Source: Elusimicrobiota bacterium (lineage in GTDB: Bacteria; CG03; SLGR01; JBDRKX01). From it: DNA of 19,292 nucleotides. The notes beneath the pieces are model-generated. The model searched no databases and had not been told where the DNA came from. It saw nothing but the letters and a program-made list of their open reading frames with translations. The stretch is taken from assembly GCA_043813605.1 (NCBI GenBank), contig JBDRKX010000074.1, positions 1 through 19,292 on the forward strand. Direction: 5' to 3'. The translations under genes were made by a program, and so were the position numbers. Positions 17,484-19,292 of this stretch are shown in pieces. Every line of letters starts with the position of its first letter. The first letter of the stretch is position 1.

Positions 17484-17538
17484 ACCGCCTGCTGGCAGTA
17501 CAATAAAACTCTTTCCACCGCCTGCTGACAATACTATA
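17484..17538 (+). repeat. Imperfect 22-bp direct repeat, 33-bp period
   Basis: ACCGCCTGCTGGCAGTACAATA (17484-17505) versus ACCGCCTGCTGACAATACTATA (17517-17538), 19/22 identical. Confidence 0.8.
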
Positions 17539-17548
17539 CACAAAAAAT

Positions 17549-18394
17549 ATGACACAGATCGGAAAACACAATAAACTTAAAGTAGTTAAAACGGTTGATT
17601 TCGGACTATACCTTGACGGTAAAGAACTAGGTGAGATACTACTTCCTACCAGATATGTGCCTGACGGCTGCAAGCCCGGCGATATTATTGAGGTTTTTAT
17701 TTACAATGACTCCGAGGACCGTATCATCGCCACTACCGAACAGCCTCTTGCCGAGGTTGATGATTTCGCTTTCCTTAAAGTCGCTGCTGTTAATCCTGTA
17801 GGAGTATTCCTGGAATGGGGATTATCTAAGGACCTCCTTGTCCCTTTTCGCGAACAGAGCATTGATATGAAGGAAGGCAGGTCATATATTGTCCGGGTCT
17901 ACCTGGATAATAAAAGTAACCGGATAGCCGCTTCCGCCAAACTCGACAAGTTTCTTAACGATCTCCCCCCCGAATACGATCCATACGAAGAAGTGGATCT
18001 CTTCATATGTAATGATACAGATATAGGTTATAAAGCGATAATCAATAATTCCCACTGGGGAATGCTCTATAAAAACGAGGTTTTTCAAACCCTGAAACAG
18101 GGACAGAAAATAAAAGGTTTTATAGAAAAAATACGGGATGACGGTAAAATCGATCTTTGTCTTCAGAAACCCGGCTACTCGCAGATCGAAGAAGTTTCAG
18201 CAATGATCCTGGACAGCATTAAAAATAGCGGTGGATTTATCGGTTTAACCGATAAAAGTGATCCTGAAGCCATCTATAAGATGTTCGGGATAAGCAAGAA
18301 AACCTATAAAAAAGCCCTGGGCGCCCTATACCGCGAAGAACTCATTCTCCTTGAAAAAGAAGGGATCAGGATCAAGGATAAAGACTCTCAGTAG
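17549..18394 (+). CDS. cvfB: CvfB/YitL family S1-domain RNA-binding protein
   Basis: IGKHNKLKVVKTVDFGLYLDG...EILLP, VFIYNDSEDRIIATT, GVFLEWGLSKDLLVPFREQ, RDDGKIDL, and winged-helix tail DKSDPEAIYKMFGISKKTYKKALGALY. Confidence 0.93.
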   Translation: MTQIGKHNKLKVVKTVDFGLYLDGKELGEILLPTRYVPDGCKPGDIIEVFIYNDSEDRIIATTEQPLAEVDDFAFLKVAAVNPVGVFLEWGLSKDLLVPFREQSIDMKEGRSYIVRVYLDNKSNRIAASAKLDKFLNDLPPEYDPYEEVDLFICNDTDIGYKAIINNSHWGMLYKNEVFQTLKQGQKIKGFIEKIRDDGKIDLCLQKPGYSQIEEVSAMILDSIKNSGGFIGLTDKSDPEAIYKMFGISKKTYKKALGALYREELILLEKEGIRIKDKDSQ

Positions 18395-18462
18395 TATCCG
18401 GCAGATATTATCCAGGCCGGGAAAACAATCATAACACAGGCAAACTGGAATATTGTAAAGAC

Positions 18463-18548
18463 AAAAAAATTGGCTAGAACGGGGACCGCCCATATGCCTA
18501 CCGGAATATCTTCCCGGCAAGAATGCGTTCACCCCCCCGTTCTAGCCA
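18463..18548 (-). terminator. Long compound hairpin plus U-tract ending the RRM transcript (terminator and/or structured RNA)
   Basis: Perfect 14-bp inverted repeat TGGCTAGAACGGGG (18471-18484)/CCCCGTTCTAGCCA (18535-18548), inner 10-bp stem (18497-18521), followed on the minus strand by A-T7 (18470-18463). Confidence 0.7.
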
Positions 18549-18628
18549 TTGAAGCGGACTTTGCTCTGATTTTAATAAAACCCGGCAAAATCCGTCAGAA
18601 TTGATATTTGATTAGTTATTACTAACGA

Positions 18629-18970
18629 TTAATATCTTCTTCCGCCGCCGCCGCCGCCGCCGTAGCCGCCGCCGCCGCCGCCGCCGCCGTAGCCGCCGCC
18701 GCCGCCCCTGTTACCTTCCGGTTTCGGGCGTGCTTCATTTACTCTTAGATTCCGACCTTCGTATTCGGTATCGTTTAAAGCCTCTACTGCTTTCTTGGCT
18801 TCTTCCGGAGTCGACATTTCGATAAAACCGAATCCTTTCGATCTTCCGCTGTCACGGTCTGTGATAACGGCGACACTCTTAACTTCTCCATACTTCGCAA
18901 ACATTTCCTGCAACTGGCTTTCGGTTGTAGAATAACTAAGGTTTCCTACATACAATTTAGAATTTGGCAT
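18629..18970 (-). CDS. RRM-domain RNA-binding protein with Gly-rich tail
   Basis: RNP2 LYVGNL and RNP1 KGFGFIEM, LRVNEARP, G/Y-rich C-terminus; SD AAGGAG. Confidence 0.97.
   Translation of the reverse strand: MPNSKLYVGNLSYSTTESQLQEMFAKYGEVKSVAVITDRDSGRSKGFGFIEMSTPEEAKKAVEALNDTEYEGRNLRVNEARPKPEGNRGGGGGYGGGGGGGGYGGGGGGGRRY
18641..18706 (-). repeat. (GGC)n trinucleotide repeat encoding the Gly tail
   Basis: (GGC)5 TAC (GGC)8 TAC (GGC)6 GGA on the minus strand. Confidence 0.9.
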
Positions 18971-19200
18971 TTTTTTCTCCTTTTGCTTCTTCCTCTAAAT
19001 TCCTTCTTATTTAAATGGCCGTGTCCCTATGATACTGCCTTTTATTCTCTATTTTATTCATAAACATAATCTACTAATCAATGGAAAATCTAACTAAGAA
19101 AAGATCCGGTCGATAAGTTCTTACTGGGTATTCTTCTCTGAGGTAATCTTGCCTCCTGCTATGATATGTTCGAAAATATTATTCATTTCTAAGTTCCACT

Positions 19201-19228
19201 ATGATACTTATATTTATCCGTTTGTCAA
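19201..19228 (-). promoter_or_regulatory. sigma70-type promoter giving a ~225-nt 5' leader for the RRM gene
   Basis: TTGACA (19228-19223)-N16-TATCAT (19206-19201). Confidence 0.55.
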
Positions 19229-19292
19229 ATCCAATGCTTCTTTACCATTTTTCGTCAGGAGTATTTCAATCGATTTTTCGTCCCTTTATCAC

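Noticed and set aside
17484..17538. Direct repeat as a mini-CRISPR
   Set aside because: Only two imperfect copies, an 11-bp spacer and no cas genes.
16954..17673. 239-aa minus-strand ORF
   Set aside because: It is antisense to two well-supported genes and has no recognisable motifs (shadow ORF).
18431..18470. CACAGGCAAAC resembles the 5' end of a c-di-GMP-I riboswitch
   Set aside because: No GNRA-capped P2 stem or GACGCAAAG follows, and there is no downstream gene on that strand.
18471..18548. Long hairpin as SRP RNA, 6S RNA or tRNA
   Set aside because: It lacks the SRP CAGG/GNRA/AGCAG motif, is too short for 6S, and has no cloverleaf or T-loop.

Overview
Chromosomal window from a diderm (LPS-bearing), probably anaerobic bacterium of moderate GC. 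No rRNA, tRNA, CRISPR array or mobile element was seen. Gene order: B12-binding radical SAM enzyme (+); membrane-anchored hypothetical (-); AT-rich regulatory gap holding a possible 59-aa ORF; secreted acidic hypothetical (+); a translationally coupled pair of a type IX secretion (T9SS/Por) CTD cargo protein and a PorV/PorQ-family barrel (-), where the cargo's signal-peptide N-terminus is split off by an apparent 1-nt frameshift; a methyl-accepting chemoreceptor with periplasmic, HAMP and Cys/His-rich PAS domains followed by a low-complexity lipoprotein (-); glnS (-); a divergent ATGA-coupled envelope operon (O-antigen ligase-like, ArnT-like, ArnC-like GT2, LAB_N protein) (+); a small outer-membrane beta-barrel (-); an NMO/FabK-family flavoprotein with a FabX-like Cys cluster (+); CvfB (+); and a Gly-tailed RRM protein (-) with a structured 3' region. 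The most notable points are the cargo-PorV pair with its frameshift, a symmetric bidirectional promoter between glnS and the LPS operon, and a two-hairpin RNA between two convergent RNA-binding protein genes. All calls come from reading motifs by eye; no database searches were run.
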